DNA of 64,000 nt from Asterias rubens. Taxonomy: Eukaryota. Below the pieces are notes generated by a model that was not told the origin of the DNA, searched no databases, and was given only the letters and a program-made list of their open reading frames with translations. Shown piece after piece: positions 50,018 through 60,002 of this stretch. The DNA lies in NCBI RefSeq assembly GCF_902459465.1, contig NC_047080.1, positions 4,712,001 to 4,776,000 on the forward strand. Reading direction: 5' to 3'. Every line of letters begins with the position of its first letter. The first letter of the stretch is position 1. A program made the translations under genes and the position numbers.

Positions 50018-50452
50018 CTAACCCGCTATTTTCAGAGCCAACACACTCCAATACATGGTTGTTCACACAAGTTTTCTACTTATTTATGGTTAATTCTTAA
50101 TAGTACAACACAGGATCTTAAGTGAGATGTAGATTGTCTTGATCCTGAACCTGACCTTGAACTTGAAGTCTTTTCCTGGGATTTCAAGATTTTATCTTCT
50201 AATCTTAAGACTTTACTGAAGATCCTTGACCGTGATTTATGATACAACATTAGCAGAAACAAACAGCTGCTTAAATCATTCCCTGAGAGCTAGTACATGG
50301 AACTCTTAGGAACTTAACAATTACCAACTCAACAGGTTTTCATTTAAATGAAAAAAAAACATGGGGGATTAATAGCTAGATTTTGTGGATAAAAAACACA
50401 GATAAGAAAAAGTAAAATTTTACAAAATACTGGGAAATAACAACCTATTCTG

Positions 50453-50798
50453 TTAAAGGCACTGTACATGTTTGGTAATTGTCAAAGACCAGTGCTCTCA
50501 CGTGGTGTATCCCATCATATGCATAAAATAACAAGCATGTGAAAATTTGGGCTCAATTGGTCATTGAAGTTGAGAGAAAATGATGAAAGAAAAAACACCC
50601 TTGTTGAGAATTTCTGTGCTTTCAGATAGGAATGATTTTAGAGAGAAATTACCTCTTCCTCAAAAACTACAATACTCCAGAGGGAGTCGTTTCCCACAAT
50701 GTTTTATACTATCAACAGCTCTCCAATGCTCGTTACCAAGTCAGTCTTTAAGTGAATATTTGTTTTGAGTAATTACCAAATGTGTACCTTCCCTTTAA
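50453..50798 (+). mobile_element. Kolobok-like MITE subfamily A2
   Basis: ttaaaggcactgtac ... gtgtaccttccctttaa. Confidence 0.82.
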
Positions 50799-51573
50799 TC
50801 CCAAGGGTTCAAATGCAGATGGAGATGTTAAAAAGAGAGGCAAACTTCTCTTTCTGTATGATTTTAAGAAATCTTAAATCAGAATGTTATATGTGATGCA
50901 ACCACAGTAGAGTCTTTCTTGAAGGCTAAATGATGTCATCAAAAGCCTTACCATGTATTCTTCCTATGAAACAGTATTCTTAGTTTTAAAACAAGATAAA
51001 AGGAGAAGTTCTCAATGAAATGGAGTAGGCCTATTACATGTCACAAGAAAACAGGGAAGTATAGACTCCCAGATGAACATTTTGCAAATTATCTTCTTAC
51101 AAAAATGACACAAGTACTGTATAAAGGAAGTGATAAATTTGCCCGGTTTTTGTAAGTGTGCCTAACATGTATTGGAAGACATCCAACATTCACAAAGGGA
51201 TGTACATATTTAAAGATATCAAGTTTGATGGGTTTCTGCCAAAAGGTGTGTGACTGATAACATCCATTAGGCAGAAGTAAAGACTTTAAAGGAAGGGTCG
51301 TATTGGCAACGACCCCAAAACAAAATTGTGTTTAACTTTTATTGTAGGCCTATCTGTCTTGATAATTTTGCCAAATAAGCTTTCTGTTGATGAAACCAAT
51401 CTATGACCTTACCTTTACTAAGGATACTTTGCCTTGGCTTATGAAACATGTTACTCCGCCAGGCCCAGCAAGATTTGTAAAACACAACAATAAATGCCCA
51501 GGTAAATGCCCAGGTCAACAAAGAATTGACTAGGGTGGGATTCAAACCAACCTCCAGATTAGCGGGCCAGGTT

Positions 51574-51949
51574 TTAAGGGGAAGGTACACGTTTGGTAAT
51601 TACTTAAAACAAATATTAACTTAAGAACTGACTTGGTAATGAGCATTGTAAAGCTGTTGATAGTATAAAACATTGTGAGAAACGGCTCCCTCTGAAGTAG
51701 TATAGATTTTGAGAAAGAGGTAATTTCTCACTAAAATAATAAAAGACTTCTAGCTAGAAGTCTTTTATTCCTATCTGAAAGCACACAAATTTGTCCAACA
51801 AGGGTGTTTTTTCTTTCATAATTTTCTCGCAACTTCGATGACCAATTGAGCCCAAATTTTCACAGGCTTGTTATTTTATGGTTATGATGGGATACACCAA
51901 GTGAGAACACTGGTCTTTAACAATTACCAAAAGTGTACAGTGCCTTTAA
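51574..51949 (-). mobile_element. Kolobok-like MITE subfamily A2, inverted
   Basis: ttaaggggaaggtacacgtttgg ... gtgtacagtgcctttaa. Confidence 0.83.
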
Positions 51950-52015
51950 GGTTAGTTTTATGATACCGGATTGAAACAAGCAGTGGGTTCCAATTACCAA
52001 ACCTGTACAATCCAT

Positions 52016-52399
52016 TTAAATACAATGGACACTATTGGTAATTGTGAAAGACCAGTCTTCTCAATTGGTGTATCTCAACATGCATAAAATAACAAACCTG
52101 TGAAAAATTGAGCTCAATTGGCCGTCGAAAGTGCGAGATAATAATGAAAGAAAAAACACCCTTGTCACACAAAGTTGTGTGCTTTCAGATGATTGATTTC
52201 GAGACCTTAAATTCTAAATCTGAGGTCTCGAAATCAAATTTGTGAAAAAATACTTCTTTCTCGAAAACTACGTTACTTCAGAGGGAGCCGTTTCTCACAA
52301 TGTTTTATACTATCAACAGCTCCCCATTACTCGTCACCAAGTAAGGTTTTATGCTAATAATTATTTTGAGTAATTACCAATAGTGTCCACTGCCTTTAA
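52016..52399 (+). mobile_element. Kolobok-like MITE family A, complete
   Basis: Family body and right TIR gtgtccactgcctttaa. Confidence 0.87.
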
Positions 52400-52797
52400 G
52401 AACACATGCATATTTGAGAACTCAGTATTTCTTTGCAATGATTTCATAGACAGATCTATCAGGCCACCCGGGATGTTGTTTATAACGGCTTCAATGATTG
52501 ATTTTTATTCTTTTCCCAGTTTAACTTTTACAACTCTTGTTGATGTCATAGTGGAGGAATAGCACAAATGGATTACATCATCTTGGGCAAGTTGTCAAAA
52601 TAAATTACAACAAATTTGTTTGACATTGAACAGAAGTCAAGTTTGGCGGCAATTTGGGGCTTTGATGTGAGCAGAAAGATCACGCCTTCGATATTTACAG
52701 ACTAAAACAATTGCTGTCTGAGTTCTTGACAATGTCAGTGAGAAATAAACACTTGAAGCCCACAACGAGGAACTCAGGACATTCACTCTGTGACTAA

Positions 52798-53104
52798 GTA
52801 GGATTTGAAACTTTGCATGGTGGAAATACGATAGGTTTGCAGTAACACCATGTAATGACTACATGTATCTCTATTGAGTTGGGGTGGTTCTGAAAAGACC
52901 CGCTGGTTTCAACTCGACGTTTTTGATCAGTATGCTCTGATCAGCTTCTGGAAAGCAGAAGATGATCATAGCATACTGATCGAAACGTCGAGCAGAAGAT
53001 TATCATAGCATACTGATCGAAACGTCGAGTTGAAACCAACGGTTCTTTTCAGAACCACCCCAACTCATTAGAGATAGTCATGGTGTTACCGCAAACCTTT
53101 CCAC
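52798..53104. mobile_element. Palindromic hammerhead-like short element, copy 1 (with a tandem-duplicated motif)
   Basis: Inverted arms of the unit CAGAAGA-c-gatcag-agcata-ctgatc-GAAAC-GTC-gagttgaaaccaacggttcttttcagaaccaccccaactcattagagatagtcatt... Confidence 0.8.
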
Positions 53105-53227
53105 ACTCATTGACTGTTATTTTTTTTTACAACAAGAAATTTTTGAATAAGGGAAAAAAAATAATCAAGTGTGTGTATTCATATACAATAGGATTATTGG
53201 TTCAATCAAGCGAAACATTTTCTTTAG

Positions 53228-53607
53228 TTAAAGACAGTAAACAGACTATTGGTAATTGTCAAAGACCAGTCTTCTCACTTGCTGTATGCATAAAATAACA
53301 AACCTGTGAAAATTTGAGCTAAATTGGTCGTTGAAGTTGCGAGATAATAATGAAAAAAAATAAACACTCTTGTCACACAAAGTTGTGTGCTTTCAGATGC
53401 TTGATTTCGAAACCTCAAATTCTAAATCTGAGGTCTCGAAATCAAATTCATGGTAAATTACTTCTTTCTCGAAAACTACGTTACTTCAGAGGGAGCCGTT
53501 TCTCAGAATGTTTTATACTATCAACCTCTCCCCATTACTTGTTACCAAGTAAGGTTTTATGCTAATAATTATTTTGAGTAATTACCAATAGTGTCCACTG
53601 CCTTTTA
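53228..53607 (+). mobile_element. Kolobok-like MITE family A, complete
   Basis: ttaaagacagtaaacagactattgg ... gtgtccactgcctttta. Confidence 0.85.
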
Positions 53608-53609
53608 GG

Positions 53610-53890
53610 TGAGGTTTGCAGTAGCACCATGGTTAAATCTCTTTTCTGTGAATTTTGATATTCTCATTATCAACACTCTTATAATATTAGAGCCAAACGA
53701 GAAGAGAGAAGACAATAAAAACATTTTAGTTTTAGATGTGGGAGGAAAACCCAAGAGAATTATTCCAAGGAAAACCCTTGCAGTCAAGTAGGGACTGAAA
53801 ACCCAAATCCACTTAAAGCCCCATGTGGGATTCGAACCGGGGTCCCAGAGGTGAAAGGCGAGACAAGACACCACTAAACCAACCTGACTG
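53610..53890 (-). mobile_element. tRNA-derived SINE with V/Meta-domain-like body
   Basis: ggtttagtggtgtcttgtctcgcctttcacctctgggaccccggttcgaatccc then gggttttcctcccacatc; head-only relative at about 30040-30120. Confidence 0.65.
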
Positions 53891-54005
53891 ACAACTTTTT
53901 AGTTGTTTTTGCTCCGAAAAAAACCGGTGGTTGACAATTCAACGTTTTGATCAGTATGCTCGAATCATGCGCCTTTGCAGGAGAAGTTTTTGTATTTCCA
54001 TGTAG

Positions 54006-54368
54006 TTAAAGGGAAGGTACACGTTTGGTAATTGTCAAAGACCAGTCTTCTCACTTGGTGTATCCCAACATAAGCATAAAATAACAAGCCTGTGAAAATT
54101 TGAGCTAAATTGCGAGAAAATGATGAGAGAAAAAACACCCTGGTTGAATGAATTTGTGTGCTTTCAGATAGGAATAAAAGACTTCCAGCTAGAAGTCTTT
54201 TGCTATTTTAGTGAGAAACTACCTCTTTCTCAAAATCTATGCTACTTCAGAGGGAGCCGTTTCTTACAATGTTTTATACTATCAATAGCTCTCCAATGCT
54301 CATTACCAAGTCAGTTCTTAAGTTAATATTTGTTTTGAGTAATTACCAAATGTGTACCTTCCCTTTAA
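54006..54368 (+). mobile_element. Kolobok-like MITE subfamily A2
   Basis: ttaaagggaaggtacacgtttggtaatt ... aattaccaaatgtgtaccttccctttaa. Confidence 0.85.
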
Positions 54369-55732
54369 GGAAAAGAAAGTTCATGGTTTTATACAGATTG
54401 GGAGTCTGTATCTGTATTTTAAATGTTTTGTGTCAGTAAAAAGATTGTTTAGGCCGACTACAACAAAATTCCCTATTGCATAAATCCAACAAGCTTTTCA
54501 TTCAATCAGTTTGAACTAGGTCTACTTGTGTCAATGTAATTCCCTGTAACTCGACTCACAATAAAATGTAGAATCAAAGAGAAATCAGCGACCATTCAGT
54601 GTAGACCACAAAAAGAATTATAAATTTTCAAATTTGTGCATGCAACGCATGAGTGAAAGTCTAAATGCCTTTCTTCTGCCTTTTGTTGGGGGCAGTCGGT
54701 ACAAGTCAGGAGGGCTTTACTTGTATTTAACAAAGCAAATTTTGGGGCTATTTATTGGTTTTTGTGGCATTTGAAAAGAGAAAAATTTGATTGATTATTG
54801 TGTAGACGAACACAGAGGCACCTTTGGTGCATAGTTGGACTTAGGGAAGGTACCCACTGCCTCAAAACCCCCTTTTGTTGAGTTGTAGGTGATTATGAAT
54901 GGAGATTTCAGAAAGGACTTGTTTTTATAATATTTGGTAGGTAGAAACCTCTTCCTCCATGGTAGGACTAACTAAATAAAAAACTATAATGGCTGGAACG
55001 ATAACATGGATTGTTTGTACTTCTGCAAGAGTTTGAAATGGGTAGGCCTACCCAAAGTCTCACATTTCCTTCAAAATCTAACAAAATCTTTACAATGTAA
55101 TGAAACTTTAATTTCAATGTCAAATAGCACAGTTAAAAAAACAACAGCACAGGTAAAAAAAAACCCAGCAGCACACGTAAAAAAACAGCAGCACACGTAA
55201 AAAAAACAGATGCTCAGTGCGGCAAATGAAATGTAACTACCAATGTCTGTTCATGGTCTGTTGTTGACAAATATATTGCTTCACCATTCACTACATAACA
55301 TCCCACCAAAATGTAGACAATCTACCCAGTATCAACATAATTACAACGTCATGCCTGGGGCTGTTGCCCATAATAATCAAGGTAATGTACCAATGCGCCA
55401 ATGACCCAATGTACTGTTGATCAGAAACACCTCAGCTCGAGTCCAGTGCTCTTCTTATCGTTATGACCGCGAAACTCTAGCCACGTATATATTTTTTTTC
55501 ACTGAGCAGTTTCATGAAACTTTCATCATTATAAACTGCTTCAGACACACAAGTGGCTGCAGAGCTGCTCACTACATTTTTATCCGTACAAGAAAGTACC
55601 CCCCTCTATTGTTGAAATCAGTTCAATCTTAGTTTAGTGCCATAACAGTCGAACCAAATGGCGCCCTCATGTAGTGTTCTTAGCTCTACTAACATTAATT
55701 ACTGACGTGGCTTAAAGACAAAAATGTTTGAT

Positions 55733-55990
55733 CAGGGCCCAATTTCATAGAGCTGCTAAGCACACAAATTTTCTAAGCATGAAATTTCTTCCTAGATAAA
55801 AAAAAGATTACCATCACAATTTCCATGTGATTTTCAGGATAAACAAACAACAGCTAAACACCAGTAACAAGCAATATATATACAACAAACTGACAAATGG
55901 AAATTTGGTAGGTAATCCTGTTTTTATCAAGGAAGACATTTCATGCTTAGCAAATTTTTGTGCTTAGCAGCTCTATGAACTTGGGCCCTG
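55733..55990. mobile_element. GGGCCCAATTTCATAGAGC MITE copy
   Basis: cagggcccaatttcatagagctgctaagcac ... gtgcttagcagctctatgaacttgggccctg. Confidence 0.82.
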
Positions 55991-56376
55991 GAGAGGGCTA
56001 TGTTGAAGCCTTAGTATACAAGACCTCAAAAAAACCAACGGCACCGAAAGCAGTTGCCGTTGTGCCCTGCAATTTTGCTCTAATACAAGCCGACATTTTT
56101 CCTAAGTGCCCCCAACCAGAGGAAAATTGACGTGCCCCTTTAAGAGTGGAGTTCAAGGCCTGGCACATGGACATGTACACTTAGAAGCTATAATGCTGGC
56201 TAACGCAGCAAGAAAAATGTGGACATTTTCATCATCAATAAAGAAACCTTTCAAGTACAAGTTGATATAAAAATATAAACGCTGAAAGATTGTTTCTAAG
56301 TAGTTGTCAACTTTGAGAAAAATTGAAATCACATTTAAAGTACGTCTTGAGGAAAGATAAGAAAAAGAACACTTAC

Positions 56377-56436
56377 CTGATGGAAGAGTTGGTGTTGTGC
56401 CAAGTATCCAACTTTATCCTTCCCTTGGGTTAGTGC
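56377..56436 (-). CDS. KDM8: KDM8 coding exon 6 (ALTQGKDKVGYLAQHQLFHQ)
   Basis: ttttgccag| acceptor, CAG|gtaagt donor; GYLAQHQLF motif. Confidence 0.94.
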
Positions 56437-57062
56437 CTGGCAAAATAGAAATGCACAAGTACTTGGATGATAACTTAAAGGTAGGGTCATACATTGGTAA
56501 CGTGTAAATTGTTTCCAAACGCTTACTTGTTATACAGATGATTTGGGGTTGAACAAAGAAGAATGAATGGGACTCGAACCAATGACCTCTGGATTAGCAT
56601 GCCGGAGCTCTACCAACTGAGCTGTCTAGCCCTATGTTGGCGGTCTCCCTATTTTGTCAATATCTTTGTTTAGGTATGCCAGTCGGAAGCCATACAACTT
56701 TTAACTTGTGTAGGCAGGGATCACACCCAAATGATAAATATGGTAGAGGTTGTAAGCATCTGAAGTGCACCAATTGGACAGAAATCAATAAAAAGAACAT
56801 AAAAGAATTCAAATCTCCAAAACTCACCTCAAGGCAAGTTTTGGAGGTCAAGTTTCAGTGGTGTCCGTTCGTGAATGCTGTGGCCAGAGATGTGGTTGAT
56901 ACTCACTGTAGCTGTACCGTCCCTTGATGTATGGATTGTATGCTCTTTATGAAAATACCGCACACAGTTTTTTCTTCTTCTGTTTTCTTATCAAATTAAC
57001 TGTATTTATCCACCCAACCACTCAACCACAGGGACTTTTATTCCTCATATTGACTCTGGTCT

Positions 57063-57439
57063 TTAAAGGCAGTGGACACTATTGGTAATTACTCAAATTA
57101 ATTATTAGCACTATACCTTACTTGGTAACGTGTAATGGGGAGAGGTTGACAGTATAAAACAATGTGAGAAACGGCTCCCTCTGAAGTGACGTAGTTTTCG
57201 AGAAGAAGTAATTTTCCCCGAATTTGATTTTGAGACCTCAGATTTAGAATTTGAGGTCTCGAAATCAAGCATCTGAAAGCACACAACTTCGTCTGACAAG
57301 GGTTTTTGTTTTTTCATAGTTACTCAAAACTTCGACGACCAATAGAGCTCAAATTTTCACAGGTTTGTTGATTTATACATATGTTGAGATACACCGAGGT
57401 GAGAAGACTGGTCTTCAGACTGGTGTCCAGTGTCTTTAA
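57063..57439 (-). mobile_element. Kolobok-like MITE family A, inverted
   Basis: TTAA-flanked, both termini. Confidence 0.86.
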
Positions 57440-57532
57440 AAAAGAATTATGGCCCAGTGGATATTTTTAGCAACAAGCCCCAGGGGTCTTGTGGATTTCC
57501 CCCAAAAATTCAATCCTTGCTCAAACACGTAC

Positions 57533-57665
57533 CTTTTCCTGGATGTACTTGGTGATAAAGTTTGACAACGTCATCAGAGATTGTGACCATGACTCGTCGG
57601 TGTATTTGGCTCCAAGCTCAATAGGGATAGTCCGCTGACCTGCCACTTCATGAAGATACCTCAAA
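57533..57665 (-). CDS. KDM8: KDM8 coding exon 5 (SLRYLHEVAGQRTIPIELGAKYTDESWSQSLMTLSNFITKYIQEK)
   Basis: ttgtag| acceptor (phase 2), AAG|gtacgt donor; close to human [33 protein letters not shown] (recalled). Confidence 0.95.
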
Positions 57666-58074
57666 CTACAAGAAGATACAAAAGAAAGTAACCTCAGTTT
57701 CAATTAATGTAGTATTTTTGGGACACTAGGTGGCGGCAGACTAACGTGGTTGATCCACTATCTGAACTTTTGAAATGTACCTGGCATATCTGCTACCAAC
57801 TAGCATTCTAAAGATTACCAATGTTTTCAAAGAACCTTTTTTAGAAATAAAGTGTTGACAAGTGTTCTCATGATGGATCAAGAGAATGATGATGATGATG
57901 ATGATGATGAAGTGTTCTCATAAGATTTGTTTTCCTGTCTTAATGACAAGACTTTGATAAAATAATAATAGCAAAACTTTTGGAACAAGGCTCAATTGAG
58001 AAACCAAAGTGCTATTTATTTTCCTGAAAGCAAGTGTTAAATTAAAATATGATTTTTGGGGTTGAACAAAGAAT

Positions 58075-58147
58075 TGACTAGAGTGGGATTCGAACCATTG
58101 ACCTCCGGATTAACGTGCCGGCGCTCTACCAACTGAGCTATCTAGCC
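58075..58147 (-). pseudogene. tRNA-Asn(GTT)-like cloverleaf inside a dispersed repeat (58048-58230); relatives at 56540-56700, 1278-1352, 51515-51570, 62083-62125
   Basis: 7-bp acceptor stem GGCTAGA/TCTAGTC, perfect D arm GCTC-AGTTGGTA-GAGC, anticodon loop ACGTTAA, TTCGAAT loop; mismatched T stem and no U33 argue against a functional tRNA. Confidence 0.7.
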
Positions 58148-58237
58148 ATACATTGGCAGTGTCCCTATTTTGTCAATATCTTTGTTCGGGGGGTGCCAGT
58201 CAGAAGCCATACAACCACACAACCGTTAACTGCCGTG

Positions 58238-58700
58238 TAGCCAGGGATAATAATAATAATAATAATAATGAAAGCATTTATATAGCGCCCCACAAAGAAC
58301 GGAGCGCTTTACAATATACAAAGAAACAAACAATGCAAAGACAAAGATACAAACAAAAAACAGTACAAGCAAAAACAAAAAATGGCCAGATTAAACAAAT
58401 AAATGGGTTTTGAGCATATTTTTGAACCGTTCCAGTGTGTTGGCTTCCCGGATGTTACGGGGAAGGGAATTCCAGAGCCGGGGAGCAGCGGCTTGAAAGG
58501 CATGATCTCCTGCGCGTGATCTAGTTTTGGTGATGTGAAAAAGTGTTTTCTCGTACGATGAGCGGGTGGCATAGGGGGATGATTTGAACGAAATGAGTTC
58601 TTGAAGATATGAAGGTGCTGTAGAGTGGATACATTTGGTGTTGATAGTAACATGGATCAAGGAAAAAAGCATTCGGAGATGGAACATGTGGCCTTACTGT
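58238..58700 (-). mobile_element. L2-clade LINE 3' fragment (ORF2 C-terminus plus (ATT)n tail)
   Basis: APSYLQELI...TRSS...GDHAFQAAAPRLWNSLPRNIREANTLERFKNMLKTHLF is the typical L2/CR1 ORF2 end; followed by aagcgct..gcgctatataaatg and TTA repeats. Confidence 0.9.
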
Positions 58701-58712
58701 CTCAATCCTTAC

Positions 58713-58891
58713 CTCCACTGTCTGGCCCCCATCGCTGGCCAGTGGTCCATGGCTCCCTGGATGATAACAGGTGTCTTAGTCTCCATGAATTGGGAATAGA
58801 AGTGAAGTAGAGATGGACAGGTCACTCTGGGGATCTCATGCTGTTTTGAGATCACTGGGGCTTGGAGGAGAGATGGAAGCTCAACTGGTGC
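58713..58891 (-). CDS. KDM8: KDM8 coding exon 4 (KHQLSFHLLQAPVISKQHEIPRVTCPSLLHFYSQFMETKTPVIIQGAMDHWPAMGARQW-); 5' boundary uncertain
   Basis: Matches the KDM8 PRL..PSL..F......PVI..G..DHWP...W motif; AG|gtaagg donor in phase 2 fits exon 5. A phase-0 join to exon 3 needs the caag| acceptor at 58892-58893 (or a nearby in-frame AG), not the upstream ctag|. Confidence 0.88.
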
Positions 58892-58957
58892 TTCTTGTAG
58901 CTAGAGAGAATAAAACCAACACTTCTTATAAGGAACAATAATATAAAGAAATTCTGC

Positions 58958-59201
58958 TTAAAGACAGTTATTGGTAATTTATTGGTAATTTGTCAAAGAC
59001 CAGTCTCCTCACTTGGTGTATCTCAACATACATGTATGCATAAAATAACAAACCTGTGAAAATTTGAGCTCAATTGGTCGTCGAAGTTGCGAGATAATAA
59101 TGAAAGAAAAAACACCCCTGTCACACGAAGTTGTGTGCATTCGGATACTTGATTTCGTGACCTCAAATTCTAAGTCTGAGGTCTCGAAATCAAATTCGTG
59201 G
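58958..59201 (+). mobile_element. Kolobok-like MITE family A, 5' part, ending at an RTE fragment
   Basis: Family body ends at caaattcgtgga, where RTE-like sequence begins. Confidence 0.82.
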
Positions 59202-59590
59202 ACTCTGACCGCAAATCAAGAAAGAGCACTAGACGGCGTATATACAAGAATGCTATGGATGGCCCTTGATGTGCACTGGAAGATCATATGCCAAACTCCC
59301 AGCTCTACGCTACCCTACCAAGGGTAACTGTTAAGATCAGGGAGTGAAGGATGAGGCTTGCTGGCCACTGTGTAGGCCATCCAGAGCTAGCTGTGAGCCC
59401 CCTAGTTCTCTGGGAACCCATTGACGGAATCAGAAATAAGGGCAGGAGAAGAACTTCATTCGTAGAACAGCTGAAGGAAGGACGCTACACAACAGGAAAC
59501 ATCTGAGCTTAGGACGCTGATGCTGGACCTCGATGCTTGGAAGACGACCATCAGAGTTTCCCGAGAAGGCATCGGCTGAAGACATCCTCT
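59198..59590 (+). mobile_element. RTE-clade LINE 3' fragment, degraded
   Basis: WTLTANQERALDGVYTRMLWMALDVHW/...LPRVTVKIRE-RMRLAGHC...LVLWEPIDGIRNKGRRR matches the RTE RT C-terminal motifs WTLT..LDG.YTRMLR, R+R.AGH and LW.P..G.R..GR. Confidence 0.85.
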
Positions 59591-59669
59591 CGCTCAACTG
59601 ATAATTCATCTTGGATATTTTACTCAGGGGACATTCTTTTTAATTGGAAGATAAATGGGAGTTACTTAC

Positions 59670-59813
59670 AAGACATTTAGGATGAACTTCTCGATGATCA
59701 GTGGATGAAGTTGCTTTGAAGGATTTCTGTAAGGCTCTTGCTAAGTGGCTTAAGATGTTGTCAAGGATGGGAGCTCCCATGAGTAATCCCATGTCACATG
59801 CTTCCAGAGCTCT
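59670..59813 (-). CDS. KDM8: KDM8 coding exon 3 (RALEACDMGLLMGAPILDNILSHLARALQKSFKATSSTDHREVHPKCL)
   Basis: tctag| acceptor, CTT|gtaagt donor; CDMGLLMGA motif of KDM8. Confidence 0.93.
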
Positions 59814-60002
59814 CTAGACCAAAAAGTAGATATTCAATTCATGAGGTTTAGTTAGTAATAAATAATACGTATGCAGTACTGAGTAATAGGTTGAGTGAAC
59901 TGGAATTTGCAAAACAATTTTTTTTTAATTTGTTTAAATTTCCTTCCTCCAATGTTTGGTGAGTTATAAAAGACTTTTTACTGTCTTTGAATCTTTCTTT
60001 TA

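Noticed and set aside
58075-58147. Functional tRNA-Asn gene
   Set aside because: T stem has three mismatches, position 33 is not U, and it belongs to a dispersed repeat family. Reported as tRNA-like only.
58391-58712. KDM8-L2 read-through fusion protein
   Set aside because: Skipping the exon 4 donor gives TGG AGG TAA, an immediate stop before the L2 frame.
183-59327. Recurring short ORFs such as RCLISRPQILNLRSRNQIRGKLLLSRKL and MVDFETSSSKSEVSKSNSWK in the ORF track
   Set aside because: They are translations of the same non-coding MITE body in different copies, with inconsistent starts, stops and frames.
59580-59669. Extra KDM8 exon after a 33-nt intron to fix the exon 3/4 phase
   Set aside because: The intron would be implausibly short and the segment has no downstream donor before a stop.
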